DNA from: the human T2T-CHM13v2.0 reference genome, Homo sapiens
Length of the DNA stretch: 64,000 bases
Assembly (NCBI RefSeq): GCF_009914755.1
Contig: NC_060925.1
Strand: one strand, 5' to 3'
The notes under the pieces were generated by a model that saw only the letters and a program-made list of their open reading frames with translations, searched no databases and was not told where the DNA came from. A program made the position numbers and the translations under genes. Positions 62,761 to 64,000 of this stretch are shown here, in pieces (positions within the stretch are counted from its first letter, which is position 1; each line of letters opens with the position of its first letter).

Positions 62761-63429
62761 TCAAAAAAAAAAAAAAAAAAAACACTGATTAGTGACTGTG
62801 ATGGTAATCATACTAATATGATGTATTAGTCCAGGGCACTTTAGCACCAAATTGTCAGATGTGCCAGCCTGTCCTAGTGGTCAGAGAAGATTTCCCTAAG
62901 ATGTAACATTTCAGCTGAGACCTGAAGGATGAGCACAGTTTAGCCAGGCGTCTGGGATAGACTGGGTCACTTTACAGAAGCACAGAATATGGAAGAGTGA
63001 CTGTCCCTACTAAAGCATTCCACACAGGGTGAGTCTTTGGAGGTCTTGGGAAGGAGCAAGGATAACAATTAAACAGTAGGGAAGTACAGAGTATTGAGGA
63101 AATGGATTGGTGGGAATCGGGAAGGCTAAGTTACATGTATTCAATAAAGTAGGAAGAGTTATTATACAAAGTATCTAAAAAGTCTAGAAATTCAGGGAAT
63201 GTATTCATTACACCTTCTCAGGTGAATGAATCAGTAGCTTTAAATTTAGGGCTGTTTCATCTGTAAAAGGTATCTGGATATGGAAGGAAAACATATCAAT
63301 CATGTAACTTGAAAATATAAAACATAATTTCCCTGTGTGTCTAGGCTTTTCAGATTCCTTTATAGTCTTAAGAGCGAAGAAAAAAATGACTTAAATATAA
63401 AAAAAGAATATCCTGGACTGTAAGGATTG

Positions 63430-63968
63430 TTGTTTACACAGCCTTCAAAAAATATCCCAAATCCACACACTTCTCACTTTTTTTAACCACTGCCACCCTG
63501 GAACAAGCCACCATCGTCTCCCAGCGAGACCCCCCTGGCAGCCTTCTAACTAGTCTCTCTGCTCCATTCCACTCTTGTACCCTCCAGGCAGATGTCCACA
63601 CGTCAGCCAATAATGTTTGAAAATGCAAATCAGATCCAGTCACTCCCCATCCTGGGGTCTTTGCACTTGTAGTCTCTCTACCTGGGATGCTCTGACCCCA
63701 TTTCCTGTCATAACAATGTCACCTTTTCAGTTGGCACTTCCCTGACCAACCTGTCTGATGGAGCCTGGCTTCTACCCACTCTGGCCTCTCTCTGTCCCCT
63801 TTTCATCTTTTTTTTTTTTTTTAATATATAGCACTTGTTGATACCTGTCATAATATATCTGTTTTCTGTCTTCCCCACTGGAATATAAGCTCCATGAGGG
63901 CAATAATATTGTCTATATTACCTGACATATACTAAGTGCTCAGTAAATATTTTTGGGAGAATGAATAG
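63430..63968 (+). mobile_element. L2 LINE 3' fragment
   Basis: ctggaatataagctccatgagggca...gtgctcagtaaatattt...aatgaat 3' end. Confidence 0.7.
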
Positions 63969-64000
63969 CTAAACTTTCCATTGGAACCTTGCAAAGGAAG

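Overview
Primate (human-like) genomic DNA, Alu-dense, matching the head-to-head CASP9 / DNAJC16 locus (human 1p36, from recall). Minus strand: caspase-9 coding exons 1-6 (ATG at 26898; CARD, SHG His and QACGG catalytic motif); exons 7-9 lie beyond the left edge. Plus strand: DNAJC16/ERdj8 non-coding exon 1 and coding exons 2-8 (signal peptide, J domain with HPD, thioredoxin-like WCFSC); the gene continues past the right edge. All listed splice junctions are GT-AG and keep frame. Introns hold dozens of Alus, six LTRs (LTR13A-, LTR9-, LTR32-, MLT2-, MER21-like and one MER4-group), DNA transposon fossils and L1/L2/MIR fragments. Almost all non-exonic ORFs in the track are Alu or GC-repeat artefacts. 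I found no new multi-gene system. Best leads: (1) a retroposed SCARNA21-type H/ACA RNA in DNAJC16 intron 4, in sense orientation, with an intact U12 guide pocket and a 10-nt copy of its own U12 target site; (2) a ~900-bp higher-order GC-box/half-CRE repeat array upstream of CASP9 exon 1; (3) several local templated duplications or inversions; (4) a perfect CLEAR element and X-box at the DNAJC16 promoter, plus a strong minus-strand donor suggesting a distal CASP9 first exon; (5) inverted Alus bracketing DNAJC16 exons 3-4, a circRNA configuration. Repeat family names and reference RNA sequences are from memory, not from a search.
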